DNA of 64,000 nucleotides from a virus: positions 32,001-96,000 of IMG/VR virus record IMGVR_UViG_3300047444_000783. One strand, 5' to 3'. The notes beneath the pieces are model-generated. The model was not told the origin of the DNA, ran no database searches, and saw only the letters and a list, made by a program, of their open reading frames with translations. Shown here one piece after another: positions 19,974 through 28,976 of the stretch (position 1 is its first letter; every line of letters begins with the position of its first letter). The position numbers and the translations under genes are program-made.

Positions 19974-22319
19974 TCAAACGGTCCTCCCAAATTCTCTAAA
20001 TTCAACCCCAGGTGTTATAAGGCAGATGGTGAGTGTGTTGCCAGGTGTCGCCGCGTAATCGGCGCTACCGGCGAGAAACAGCGGGGTAAAGCTGGCGCCA
20101 CAAGATTGGCCATTTTTAATCGTTGGACTACCCGAGAACTCTATGTAAATCATCGCGCCTTGCTGCCAGCCGGTGTGCTCAATGCAATGAATCGGGGTGT
20201 TGCCAGCGATGACAAATACGATCCCGCCGGTGCCCAGCGTCGTGTTGTTCGCGGCCGTAACCGGAGTTATATCCAGAGAGAACTGGACCCGCGCGCGACC
20301 GACCGTCAGCCCGCCGTTGAGCGTCGAATGGTTGCCGACAACAAGTCCGTCCTGAATGGTTAAATCCCCGAATTCAGCCTGGGTTATTCTGGTCGCCCCG
20401 TTGAAAGTCCCATCGGTGTACCCGCCATACGCAGTCCCGTTCAGCGAGATGTTTTCCGCTCCATTCACGATGTTATGGGCGAGTGTCGTGATCGTGTTTA
20501 CGTACTGAGTTTCCAGCCAGTTGACCGGAGTCCCAAGGTCTCTAATATGGTTGTTTGTTACGATCAGGGCGAGATATGCGCTGACAATAATTGTCGAACT
20601 TGCGCCCCCGGTGTTGATGTCCCGCAATTCGCAGTTTGTGATATTCAGCCGACGTCCACCACCGGCCCCCGTATTACCGTGGATCACAGTCCCGGTATAC
20701 TGCGTGCCGCTGATGATCACTCCATCGATGTCATAACTTCCGGACGGCCCGGTCGCACCAGCCCCGTCAACTCGAATAGCCTTATCCGGATGTCCGTTGT
20801 TGTTGATGATCTGACCGCCTTTTAAAATCAGGTCCGAGTTGAAGGCATAGACATCGTAAGGCTGGGCAACGGCAGCGTTCCGGACATTATCGATAAAACT
20901 GAACCCCGACAGAGTGACGCTCGAAGCATTGCAAATGAGCGCCTGTCCCTGGTAGGAGTTGGCGATAAAGTTAGAGATGGTTATGTTCGTCGCGTTCAGA
21001 GTTGAGATGCCGAATTCTTGAGGCTGAACAGTGAGATTCGTTCCATCGCCGACAACGTTTGAGATTGCCACGCTGTCGATGTCGCCAGGATTGGCACCGT
21101 TAAATTGAATAATTCCTGCGCCGCCATGATTCGAGCGGATATCGCTGATGACAGACTTGTACAGATGGTCGGCGGTGACGCAAAGATTTCCACCGAAGCA
21201 GTCGAGATCTGCGATCGTCAGACCTTGCGGTGCGAGCGAGGAACCGCCGGTTCGCGTGACATACACACAGTTTACGACCCCGCCCCCGTTGTTGATCCAG
21301 TCGCACTGGTTGTGAATGATCTTTGTCCCGGCCGTATCCACGGTCGCCGTCGATTCGACGAGCACGCCAATGCTGGACAGGAACCAATTGTTTTCAATGC
21401 TGGTTAAGTTCCCTCTTACTCGGATCGCGGCATGTGCCGCATCCTGGCCACTGGAAGTGATCATCATGTGTTTAACGGCTGACGGGCAGGCCCAGTTGAA
21501 CATCTGGATCAGATCGACGTTTTGATCGCTGAATAGGGTCGTGGTCCCCCTACCCTCCCCGACTAGCGTCAGACAGGCATTGATCACCCCGACTGGCACG
21601 CCTCTACCGACGTCTCCAGGGCACCCGTTGTAATGACAGGTCGACACGGCCTGGGTGATGTAGTACGTGCTTGCCGGAAACTTGACGATCCCGGCCGGAG
21701 CAATCTCGAGGGTATTGCTGACAGACCCGGCGACCACGAAGTCTACGGCCGCCTGGATCGGCGCCCAGTCGTCGGTCACGCCATCACCAACCGCGCCGAA
21801 CCACTGTGGATAGATGCAGGCGGCTACCCCGGCCGCTACCGGGGCGGTCGTGCCAGCGAAGATCTTATAGAGGCCGGCAATGATCTGGCCGGCGAACGAG
21901 AGCGTTACGCTGGACGTCGACAGGATGGACCCGGGCGCGAACGAGATCGATACGTTGAGCGGAACTGTCGTATTGACCGCAACGGTTGTCGTCCCGACGC
22001 CGAGGTACAGATGCACCGGCTTGGTCGACGACAGTCCGGTAAACGGGTTAGTTGACCATGTTTGAGCACCATGTAAGGACCGCGCATCGACGACCCCGCC
22101 GGTCGATGGCAGGGCCGCGATCGCCGCCGCGATCTTGAGCGAGGCATCGGCCCCCGCGAAATCCGCGGCGCTCAGGTACGCCGGACCGAGCAGCGAATGG
22201 ATCCCGATCAGGTTCAACGTCTCGGTCGACCCGTCCGGCAGCGTAACGCCGGCGATCGGGCCATGGCCGAACGCCAGGTCCTCCTCGAAGTTGGATCCGA
22301 ATATAAATGTCTCTGCCAT
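19974..22319 (-). CDS. Tailspike 3, beta-helix (781 aa)
   Basis: Shared anchor; PQWFGAVGDGVTDDWAPIQAA motif; beta-helix repeats. Confidence 0.85.
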   Translation of the reverse strand: MAETFIFGSNFEEDLAFGHGPIAGVTLPDGSTETLNLIGIHSLLGPAYLSAADFAGADASLKIAAAIAALPSTGGVVDARSLHGAQTWSTNPFTGLSSTKPVHLYLGVGTTTVAVNTTVPLNVSISFAPGSILSTSSVTLSFAGQIIAGLYKIFAGTTAPVAAGVAACIYPQWFGAVGDGVTDDWAPIQAAVDFVVAGSVSNTLEIAPAGIVKFPASTYYITQAVSTCHYNGCPGDVGRGVPVGVINACLTLVGEGRGTTTLFSDQNVDLIQMFNWACPSAVKHMMITSSGQDAAHAAIRVRGNLTSIENNWFLSSIGVLVESTATVDTAGTKIIHNQCDWINNGGGVVNCVYVTRTGGSSLAPQGLTIADLDCFGGNLCVTADHLYKSVISDIRSNHGGAGIIQFNGANPGDIDSVAISNVVGDGTNLTVQPQEFGISTLNATNITISNFIANSYQGQALICNASSVTLSGFSFIDNVRNAAVAQPYDVYAFNSDLILKGGQIINNNGHPDKAIRVDGAGATGPSGSYDIDGVIISGTQYTGTVIHGNTGAGGGRRLNITNCELRDINTGGASSTIIVSAYLALIVTNNHIRDLGTPVNWLETQYVNTITTLAHNIVNGAENISLNGTAYGGYTDGTFNGATRITQAEFGDLTIQDGLVVGNHSTLNGGLTVGRARVQFSLDITPVTAANNTTLGTGGIVFVIAGNTPIHCIEHTGWQQGAMIYIEFSGSPTIKNGQSCGASFTPLFLAGSADYAATPGNTLTICLITPGVEFREFGRTV

Positions 22320-23413
22320 TATTGAGGCGTCCCCTGCGGTTGCGAAACCTTGTCGTGCACGGCGCTGATCAGCCGGCGGAATAGCTGGACCCCGAAATCG
22401 AATCTCAGCTTGCAGTATTTGGCGCGCGGCAGATCCTGCCCCTCGCCCTGCTTGTTCAGCATCACCATCAGCGTCCAGAACTTAATGTACGGGAGCACGA
22501 AGTCCGGCACGCGCATCAGATCGTCCAGCCTCGACACGTCATCGATCAGCCGCGTCCCCAGGATCTCGAAGTTCGTCAGACCGGTCAGCATCTGACGGAT
22601 GGTCCCCGCGTACGGCCGGCCGTGAGGGAGGACCCCGTTGATTGCCGGGACCCCAATGGAATACCGGAATAAACCGCCCCCGCCGCCGCCTGGCAGCGTC
22701 GCCGAGTAAAAGGTAGTATCGGCCGTCCAGGCCGCGCTCGCGCCTGTAACGGTCACTGTGGCGTTCGCCGTCAACGTTACCTGGTGGGTTGTGTTGAATC
22801 CGCTGATCGTTGTGATCAGCGCCCCGCCGGCCGGCCCGGCTCCGGCAACCGCGATCCGTTTCCCGATATCGTCAGTCGTGAAGGTCGCGCTCGCGCTGTT
22901 GAGTACGTTCGTTGTCGCGTTGATCGCCGCGTCGGTCACGTTCGTCGTCGCGTGCATCATGTACCGAAGGGTCCCGAGGTTACCGACCGTTCGGTAGCCT
23001 GTTCCGGTCATCACACTCGTCGGCGCCCGGTCCATTTCGAATGTCTTGGTCGACAGTTGATCCTGGTGATACTGCCGCGGGACCCCCGGGAGCGTCCGCC
23101 ACTTCGGATTATCGCGATCCAGATTCAGCCGGGTTGTCCGGTAAGTCGCTTTGTTGTTGAAGGCGATCCGGTCCAACTGCATCGTGAAGTACGGGTCCGC
23201 GTAGATCCGCTGGTTTGTCACGCTCTGGACCGCCGCAATCACCTTAATCAACTGTGTTTGCAGCACGAACTCCTTCGCCGCCGCATTCAGGTACCCAATG
23301 ATCTCATCGGGCGACCACAGTCCTGTCGACCAGTCGATGCCTCCACGATTGGAGTAATCCTCCTGCACGAGTACAGCGAGTTGTGAAAGTACGGTCGCGA
23401 CGGTTGTGCTCAT
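22319..23413 (-). CDS. Head-tail adaptor/ring protein with inserted beta domain (364 aa)
   Basis: WSPDEIIGYLNAA N-terminal adaptor motif and helical C-terminus; insertion DAAINAT...FTTDDIGKRIAVAGAG. Confidence 0.65.
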   Translation of the reverse strand: MSTTVATVLSQLAVLVQEDYSNRGGIDWSTGLWSPDEIIGYLNAAAKEFVLQTQLIKVIAAVQSVTNQRIYADPYFTMQLDRIAFNNKATYRTTRLNLDRDNPKWRTLPGVPRQYHQDQLSTKTFEMDRAPTSVMTGTGYRTVGNLGTLRYMMHATTNVTDAAINATTNVLNSASATFTTDDIGKRIAVAGAGPAGGALITTISGFNTTHQVTLTANATVTVTGASAAWTADTTFYSATLPGGGGGGLFRYSIGVPAINGVLPHGRPYAGTIRQMLTGLTNFEILGTRLIDDVSRLDDLMRVPDFVLPYIKFWTLMVMLNKQGEGQDLPRAKYCKLRFDFGVQLFRRLISAVHDKVSQPQGTPQ

Positions 23414-24069
23414 CAGCTTCTATCGACTGTCGAATACTCGTTGCCCGTATCCGCGTTCGGATCACGACTCCAGATCGTGAACTCGGCTGCGAATGTCCTC
23501 TGCGCTTTGTGGCCGGCGATCAAGCGATACTGATCATAGGCTTCCATCGCCTGCTGCAACTCAGCCCCGCTCTCCTTGAACCGCGCCATGTGATACACGT
23601 ACATGGTCAACGCCTCGATGTACTCCGCCTCTAGATCGATCACCGTGTTCTCATCGATCGCCCCGGGTTCGTCGAGAGTCGTAAGCGTCACGTTGTACGC
23701 GCCGGTCGGAGTCCGGTCGCAGAACCAGCGGTCGAGGCCGCATGGCGCCCACTTCGTCAGGATCCCGGTCAGGCCGTCCCATAGTGGGTTCGCCCGGTCA
23801 AAATTCTCGATCGAACTCTTTTCGATCTTCTGATTCGAGACCTGAATATTGATGATCGCGATCGCCCCCTCTGGGGTTGACTGGGCCTTCGCTCCGATCA
23901 TCGCGTACGTACGTTCGCTCGTCAGTTGCGAGGCCATCAGCGTGAACTCGAGAAACCCCTCGTTCAGCAAGACCAGCAACTCCGAGCGGGACCAGAAGAT
24001 CGGGGTCGCCTCCTCTTCAGCGAGACGGTCCAGCACCTGGTCGAGAATCTGTCCGGCGGTCGCGCTCAT
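23413..24069 (-). CDS. Head-tail adaptor/ring protein (218 aa)
   Basis: TAGQILDQVLDRL...FWSRSELLVLLNEG motif; C-terminal ALTMYVYHMARFKE. Confidence 0.7.
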   Translation of the reverse strand: MSATAGQILDQVLDRLAEEEATPIFWSRSELLVLLNEGFLEFTLMASQLTSERTYAMIGAKAQSTPEGAIAIINIQVSNQKIEKSSIENFDRANPLWDGLTGILTKWAPCGLDRWFCDRTPTGAYNVTLTTLDEPGAIDENTVIDLEAEYIEALTMYVYHMARFKESGAELQQAMEAYDQYRLIAGHKAQRTFAAEFTIWSRDPNADTGNEYSTVDRS

Positions 24070-25229
24070 ACGTTATACGAGTCATAGTCGACGTTAAACC
24101 AGTCCTGGCCGCCGCCCGGGCCGACGCGGTACCGTTTGTACTGGTAGACCAACTGCATGATCGCCGTACTATCGTCCTCATTCTTCATGAAGTTGATATC
24201 CCGCTCCGCTTCCTCGATGTACGCCTTACCGAGCGCCGGGTCGTAATAGATTCCGCCGGCGAGCGCCTTGTGGCCGGGCCAGCGCGCGGCCTCCGCCTTC
24301 GCCAGCTTGATCAGCACGTCCGACCGGATCCCGTTCGGCAGGATATCGAAGTCCTCGGCGAGCGGCGGAAAGGAGCGCACATAGATGTAGGGGAAGGCTG
24401 CGCTCGAGGTTGGCCGCGGCCACATTTCATAGAGCGGGCTGCCGGCCGGGTCCGTCTCGTGGAAGGCCAAGCGCCATGGCATGCTCACGACGTTCCGACG
24501 CGGGTCCATCCCGTCGAGTAAGGTCTTGGGCGTCGCGATATCGAACGCGTACTGCCGGTCCTGGTTGACCATCGTCAGTAGTTCTTTGACGTCCTGGCCG
24601 AGCGATATATAGACAAGCGTGACCTCGTAACTGTAACCGGTGAGCGCCGCGTACGGCCACGGTACGTTGATCAGCATCCGCGTATCCGACGTGAAGCCCG
24701 TGCAGGTGACGAACGGAGTTAACGCGTTGATCCTAAACTGTCGGCCGGCCATCGAGCTGCCGCCGACCTGGACTCCCGCCGAGTGAGTGAGGGTCGTGCG
24801 TGCACGGAAACTGCTGGAGTTCAGATCGACCGAGATGACGAACACCGCCTCTTCCCCGGCGTTCCGGCCGTCGAGGACCAGCCATCGGCCTGGCGCAATC
24901 CCGCTCATCGATACCGGCTTGAGGTCGATAACTCCGGTCGTTATCGTGCCCTCCAGTAGCGTCGTGTCCACGACGTCGTTGAACGGCCACACGGTATTCG
25001 TTCCCGTGACTACACTTGAAAGCGGAGTAACTGTAACCAGCCCAGCGGTATACGTATTCGGTACAGGGAGGATGTTGTACTTGACGAGGCCGGACCAGGC
25101 GCGCCGCGCCATGATCATCCGCAGGCTGTCGTTGATATCCCGGCGGGCGAACGACCGGTCGTACAGCGGGAATTTTTGCATGACCGAGTCGGTCATCTGC
25201 TGAAAGTTTTCGTATTGCGGTGTCGGCAT
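24066..25229 (-). CDS. Head-tail adaptor/ring protein with insertion (387 aa)
   Basis: ARRDINDSLRMIMARRAW...YEMWPRP adaptor-like pattern. Confidence 0.6.
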   Translation of the reverse strand: MPTPQYENFQQMTDSVMQKFPLYDRSFARRDINDSLRMIMARRAWSGLVKYNILPVPNTYTAGLVTVTPLSSVVTGTNTVWPFNDVVDTTLLEGTITTGVIDLKPVSMSGIAPGRWLVLDGRNAGEEAVFVISVDLNSSSFRARTTLTHSAGVQVGGSSMAGRQFRINALTPFVTCTGFTSDTRMLINVPWPYAALTGYSYEVTLVYISLGQDVKELLTMVNQDRQYAFDIATPKTLLDGMDPRRNVVSMPWRLAFHETDPAGSPLYEMWPRPTSSAAFPYIYVRSFPPLAEDFDILPNGIRSDVLIKLAKAEAARWPGHKALAGGIYYDPALGKAYIEEAERDINFMKNEDDSTAIMQLVYQYKRYRVGPGGGQDWFNVDYDSYNV

Positions 25230-25279
25230 ACCATCTTCATTTTAGAGGGTATGTAAAGGCGGGTCTGGCTAGAGGATGG

Positions 25280-25903
25280 TTACTTTTGAACGCACTCGCT
25301 GTCCGGCAGGCACCAGACTGTCCAGCCATGCTTCTGCGCGAAGCGGCAGAACCGGACGCCCATCGAACGCTCAGTCTCGTCGTAGTTGAAGATCCACCGG
25401 GTATCGTTTAAGGACTGAAGGACTTCGGTCTTGATCAACATGCAGCCGACGGCAACCGCCGCACACTCAAAAACGCCGGTCTTCGGATGGTCGTACCAGA
25501 CCAATTCGCCAATATCTTGATCCGTATCGAGATAGGACTGGATCGCGCCAATGGGATCAGAAATCTTCGGTTCTCGCCAGACCAGCGGATCACCATTATC
25601 CCGGTGAACAAGCGCGCCGACAATCGGCTTATCGCATTCCAGCAGTCTGGCCAGGATATCGCGAGGAGTCGTAATGTCGTCGTCCAGGAAGAATAGATGC
25701 GTGGCCTTTAACTCCAGCGCCTTGCGGATTGCCAGATCTCGAGCACCGCGTATCGCGTGTTTCGGCCCGAGCACGAACGACGCGGTTAGGTATATGTCAT
25801 TGTGCTCGTCTTCGTGTATTTCTTTGAGCATCCCGATCCGATTGGAATAAACGTCCGGCTCTATCGCGTGGTAAATCGGTTCGGCGATCAGGACTTTATT
25901 CAA
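25280..25903 (-). CDS. GT-A (GT2-like) glycosyltransferase (207 aa)
   Basis: RDLAIRKAL...ATHLFFLDDD, KPIVGA, AVGCMLIK; TTG start. Confidence 0.8.
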   Translation of the reverse strand: MNKVLIAEPIYHAIEPDVYSNRIGMLKEIHEDEHNDIYLTASFVLGPKHAIRGARDLAIRKALELKATHLFFLDDDITTPRDILARLLECDKPIVGALVHRDNGDPLVWREPKISDPIGAIQSYLDTDQDIGELVWYDHPKTGVFECAAVAVGCMLIKTEVLQSLNDTRWIFNYDETERSMGVRFCRFAQKHGWTVWCLPDSECVQK

Positions 25904-26079
25904 AACTCACTCGCTTTCCAGCATTCGGTGCTGCAATATTCCATCATCCATGCCGCCCACCAGTGGTGGCCGGACTTAAACGGCAGGCCGCCCCAGTACC
26001 AGCGACCGCACGCAATGCAGGGCTGAAACGGGAACCATCCGAAGTAACGCCTGTACCAATATCGCCATCCGGTAATCAT
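25900..26079 (-). CDS. Trp-rich zinc-finger microprotein (59 aa; below track cut-off)
   Basis: MITGWRYWYRRYFGWFPFQPCIACGRWYWGG...EYCSTECWKASEF; fills the gap with 4-nt overlaps at both ends. Confidence 0.65.
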   Translation of the reverse strand: MITGWRYWYRRYFGWFPFQPCIACGRWYWGGLPFKSGHHWWAAWMMEYCSTECWKASEF

Positions 26080-26414
26080 GTGTGTCGCTCACACGTCCGG
26101 CCAGCCACGCACGCGCACGTGCGGAATGTCTCGAGCGTCATCAGCCCGTTGACGAACTTGGCCGCCATCAGCCTCAGCGCCTCGGCCGGCACTTCGTCCT
26201 CATTGAAGACGAGGTTGACCTGGAAGTACGTTCCGTCAGACCGAAGCGCCGCAAGTTTGATGTTCGTCGCGAAGGTCGGCGGATAGTGCGTCCCATCCTC
26301 CATCGTGTGGCCGTACTCGTCGACGGCCGGACCGTACATTTTCAACATGTGCCAGCCGGGCGACTCGACGACCTCCCGGACTTTCGGATGCAGTTCAGGC
26401 TTCTCGGATGACAT
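26076..26414 (-). CDS. Hypothetical protein (112 aa)
   Basis: Coupled ORF with protein-like composition; C-terminal CxC...C..H. Confidence 0.65.
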   Translation of the reverse strand: MSSEKPELHPKVREVVESPGWHMLKMYGPAVDEYGHTMEDGTHYPPTFATNIKLAALRSDGTYFQVNLVFNEDEVPAEALRLMAAKFVNGLMTLETFRTCACVAGRTCERHT

Positions 26415-27444
26415 TGCAGATCCTTTCTACTTCAGCGTCGGTTAACGCGCTGGAGAGCGGGAGGCATAGGCCGCGCTCGCTGATGGAACGCGCGGCCCGT
26501 CCAGCGAATCCTCTTGGCATTGGGAAGAACGGTCGGCACTCTATATTTTCGCGGTCACACGCATCGATCGCCGCATCCCTATTCGCAGGTATACCCGCAA
26601 ATAGCCAAGGTGCACACTCCTCGGTTGGTTCGATGCGCGGATACGTCCAGCGCCCGACTCCCGCATCTCGGTAGCGCTTCAAGATCTCACGGCGCCGCCT
26701 GAGCATCTTCGGCATTCGCTCCAACTGAGCGCACAGCACGGCAGCCTGGAGGTCCGTCATGCGCGCGTTCAGCCCATCCAGTACCGGCACGTAACTCTTA
26801 TCGGCGATCCCGTGGTTGACGATCAACCGCATGCGTGTGTACATCTCCTCGCTGTTGCAGAGGATTGCCCCTCCTTCGCCGGCGGTCACGATTTTATTCG
26901 CGTAGAATGAAACGACGGAAACGCTGCAATAGAAACTGCCGGGGTATCCGCTTCCGGCAGGTCGGCTTTCATAAGAACCGCCGAACGATTCCGCGGCGTC
27001 CTCAATCATCTCGCATCGTACGGACGATCGGAGGTCTAAGTCTGCGGCAACAACTTTCCCGTAGCAAGGCGCGACTACCGCATAGTCAAACGTGCAGCCT
27101 TTCGGCGTATAAGCCTGCCAAGTCGCCGGGTATGCGTCCTGGTGCCAAACATCGCCGCCGGTCAGCCGGATAGCGTTATGGACGGCCGCGAAGGTCATTG
27201 CGGGTGCCGCGACCAGGCGGTGCGGTTTGATGTTCGTATCCAGCAGGGCTACCATCAGCGCCATCGTCCCGCTCGAGCAGCAGATCGCGTACTTCCGCCC
27301 GGTGATTGCCTTCAGGCGCTCCTCCGCCTCGGCGACGAACTTCCCCTGCGTGATCCAGCCGGAGCGCATGACCTCGTTGACGTTCAGGCGCTCGGCGCGA
27401 CCGATGTCCGGGCGGGCGATCGGGATGCGCGACTTAGCCGCCAT
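26395..27444 (-). CDS. DegT/DnrJ/EryC1/StrS sugar aminotransferase (perosamine-synthase-like)
   Basis: SGWITQG, SSGTMAL, IEDAAES, SFYANKIVTAGEGG (PLP lysine), NARMTDLQAA, LCLP. Confidence 0.93.
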   Translation of the reverse strand: MAAKSRIPIARPDIGRAERLNVNEVMRSGWITQGKFVAEAEERLKAITGRKYAICCSSGTMALMVALLDTNIKPHRLVAAPAMTFAAVHNAIRLTGGDVWHQDAYPATWQAYTPKGCTFDYAVVAPCYGKVVAADLDLRSSVRCEMIEDAAESFGGSYESRPAGSGYPGSFYCSVSVVSFYANKIVTAGEGGAILCNSEEMYTRMRLIVNHGIADKSYVPVLDGLNARMTDLQAAVLCAQLERMPKMLRRRREILKRYRDAGVGRWTYPRIEPTEECAPWLFAGIPANRDAAIDACDRENIECRPFFPMPRGFAGRAARSISERGLCLPLSSALTDAEVERICNVIREA

Positions 27445-27634
27445 ACGTCATCTCCGTGATATCTGGGTCACCTATCGGGATGATCTGGTTCTCGTCCGGG
27501 CAGATAAAGCCGCTGCTCGGCGGGTGGACGATAAACGCCCGTACGCCCCCACCTTCCTTCGGTTCCAGATTTATGCCGACATAGGACAGGCATTTCGTAC
27601 ATTGAAATTGCGGGATAACGTAGACGCTGATCAT
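27434..27634 (-). CDS. Hypothetical Cys-containing protein (66 aa)
   Basis: ATG overlapping the GT stop (ATGA); CTKC...HP....C. Confidence 0.55.
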   Translation of the reverse strand: MISVYVIPQFQCTKCLSYVGINLEPKEGGGVRAFIVHPPSSGFICPDENQIIPIGDPDITEMTYGG

Positions 27635-28665
27635 ACGCCAATCACCTTCTTCCACCGGTCTCTCAGGACGGACCAGGAATGATCCCGCTCGACGATGGCG
27701 CGGTTGGCCTCCGAGATCGTGCTCATATCGTTCTCGGCACACCAGCGGATCTTTTCCGCCAGATCGTCGATGTCGACCTTGTGCGCCAGACAGTGCGGAT
27801 TGACCGTTCCCGCATGCTGGTGTTCGGCGGCCTTCACGCATAGTTGATACCCGGGCGTCCAGAACTCGTTCATCGGCTCGGCATCCGTTGTGATGACCGG
27901 CAGACCGCTAGCCATCCCCTCGAGGCCGACAAGCGAGTGACCGTCGTAATGCGACGGATAGATCAGGACGTCTCCCTCGTCGTAGAGTTCGGCGCGCGTA
28001 TCGCGGGACCCGTAATCGATCTTGACGTTCGACGGCAGGTTCCCATCGAACTCCGGACAGATCCGGCTAAAGACTTCCTGGCAGCGAACAAGCAGCGTCG
28101 CGCCTGGGACGTCCGCCTTGATGAATCCGCGGATGGTCTCACGCGTCCCCTTGCGGCCGTTCATTCCGCCGGATCCTGCATTGTGAATGAAGATCTTTGC
28201 CGGTCCCGATCGCTGGATAAACGGGAACTCGTCCAGGTCGACCGGGTAGGGCAGGAAGATCTTGTTGTCTCGCGGTACCTCCTGGAACGCCTTATACGAT
28301 GGGCAGACATACAGGTCGACGTTCTGATAGGCCGGCAGGTTCGGATTGAACGACTCCCACATGACGATCAGAATCGTCCGCATTCCCAACTCTTTCGCCG
28401 TCTTGAACGTCCGATCGCCGAAACCGGTCTCGATCGAGACCAGCGTGTCGATCTTGTCCGTCGACTGCCAGGCCTCGAGGTCCTGGGGCGCGATCTCCCA
28501 CTGCTGCAGGTAGAACTCCTCGCCGTTTGCCCATTCGAGTGAGTACGGCCAGTCCGGACCGTCCGGGATCACGAGTTGACGGTTGATCCCCAGTTGCTGA
28601 CGGAGATCGTGGGCCATCGTGCCCAGCCCGCGCTTGGAAAGATATGAGACGATTCCGACTGTCAT
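27631..28665 (-). CDS. GT-B (GT4-like) glycosyltransferase (344 aa)
   Basis: RKG, DVLIYPSHYDGHSLVGLEGMASGLPVITTD motif. Confidence 0.9.
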   Translation of the reverse strand: MTVGIVSYLSKRGLGTMAHDLRQQLGINRQLVIPDGPDWPYSLEWANGEEFYLQQWEIAPQDLEAWQSTDKIDTLVSIETGFGDRTFKTAKELGMRTILIVMWESFNPNLPAYQNVDLYVCPSYKAFQEVPRDNKIFLPYPVDLDEFPFIQRSGPAKIFIHNAGSGGMNGRKGTRETIRGFIKADVPGATLLVRCQEVFSRICPEFDGNLPSNVKIDYGSRDTRAELYDEGDVLIYPSHYDGHSLVGLEGMASGLPVITTDAEPMNEFWTPGYQLCVKAAEHQHAGTVNPHCLAHKVDIDDLAEKIRWCAENDMSTISEANRAIVERDHSWSVLRDRWKKVIGV

Positions 28666-28877
28666 ACGCGCTCAGGCCACGACCACTGGCAAGGCCCGGT
28701 TCCGAAAACAGCCCAGTCCTGGTGCTGACCTTTAGGTCCAAATACGAAAAGCTGAACCTTGCCTTCTACGGTAGGGTCCAACTCTCTGATGATTGCCGGC
28801 GACGTCGTTGGCGCGTACTTACCGTCCGCGCTGCCGGGGTGATGATAGATCACGATTCGTCCTACGCTTGGTTTCAT
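28662..28877 (-). CDS. Conserved-type small phage protein (71 aa)
   Basis: MKPSVGRIVIYH...PAII...WSWPERV pattern; SD GGAGG. Confidence 0.75.
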   Translation of the reverse strand: MKPSVGRIVIYHHPGSADGKYAPTTSPAIIRELDPTVEGKVQLFVFGPKGQHQDWAVFGTGPCQWSWPERV

Positions 28878-28887
28878 CGGTCCTCCG

Positions 28888-28915
28888 AAAAATAAGGCCG
28901 ACCGCCGGCCGGCCT
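28888..28915 (-). terminator. Intrinsic terminator-like hairpin
   Basis: AGGCCGGCC-GGC-GGTCGGCCT followed by TATTTTT on the minus strand. Confidence 0.6.
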
Positions 28916-28976
28916 AGAATAAGCGTCATAAACAGTACGGAAACCGGCCGCACTCCGGACCGCCTGACTCTAACGT

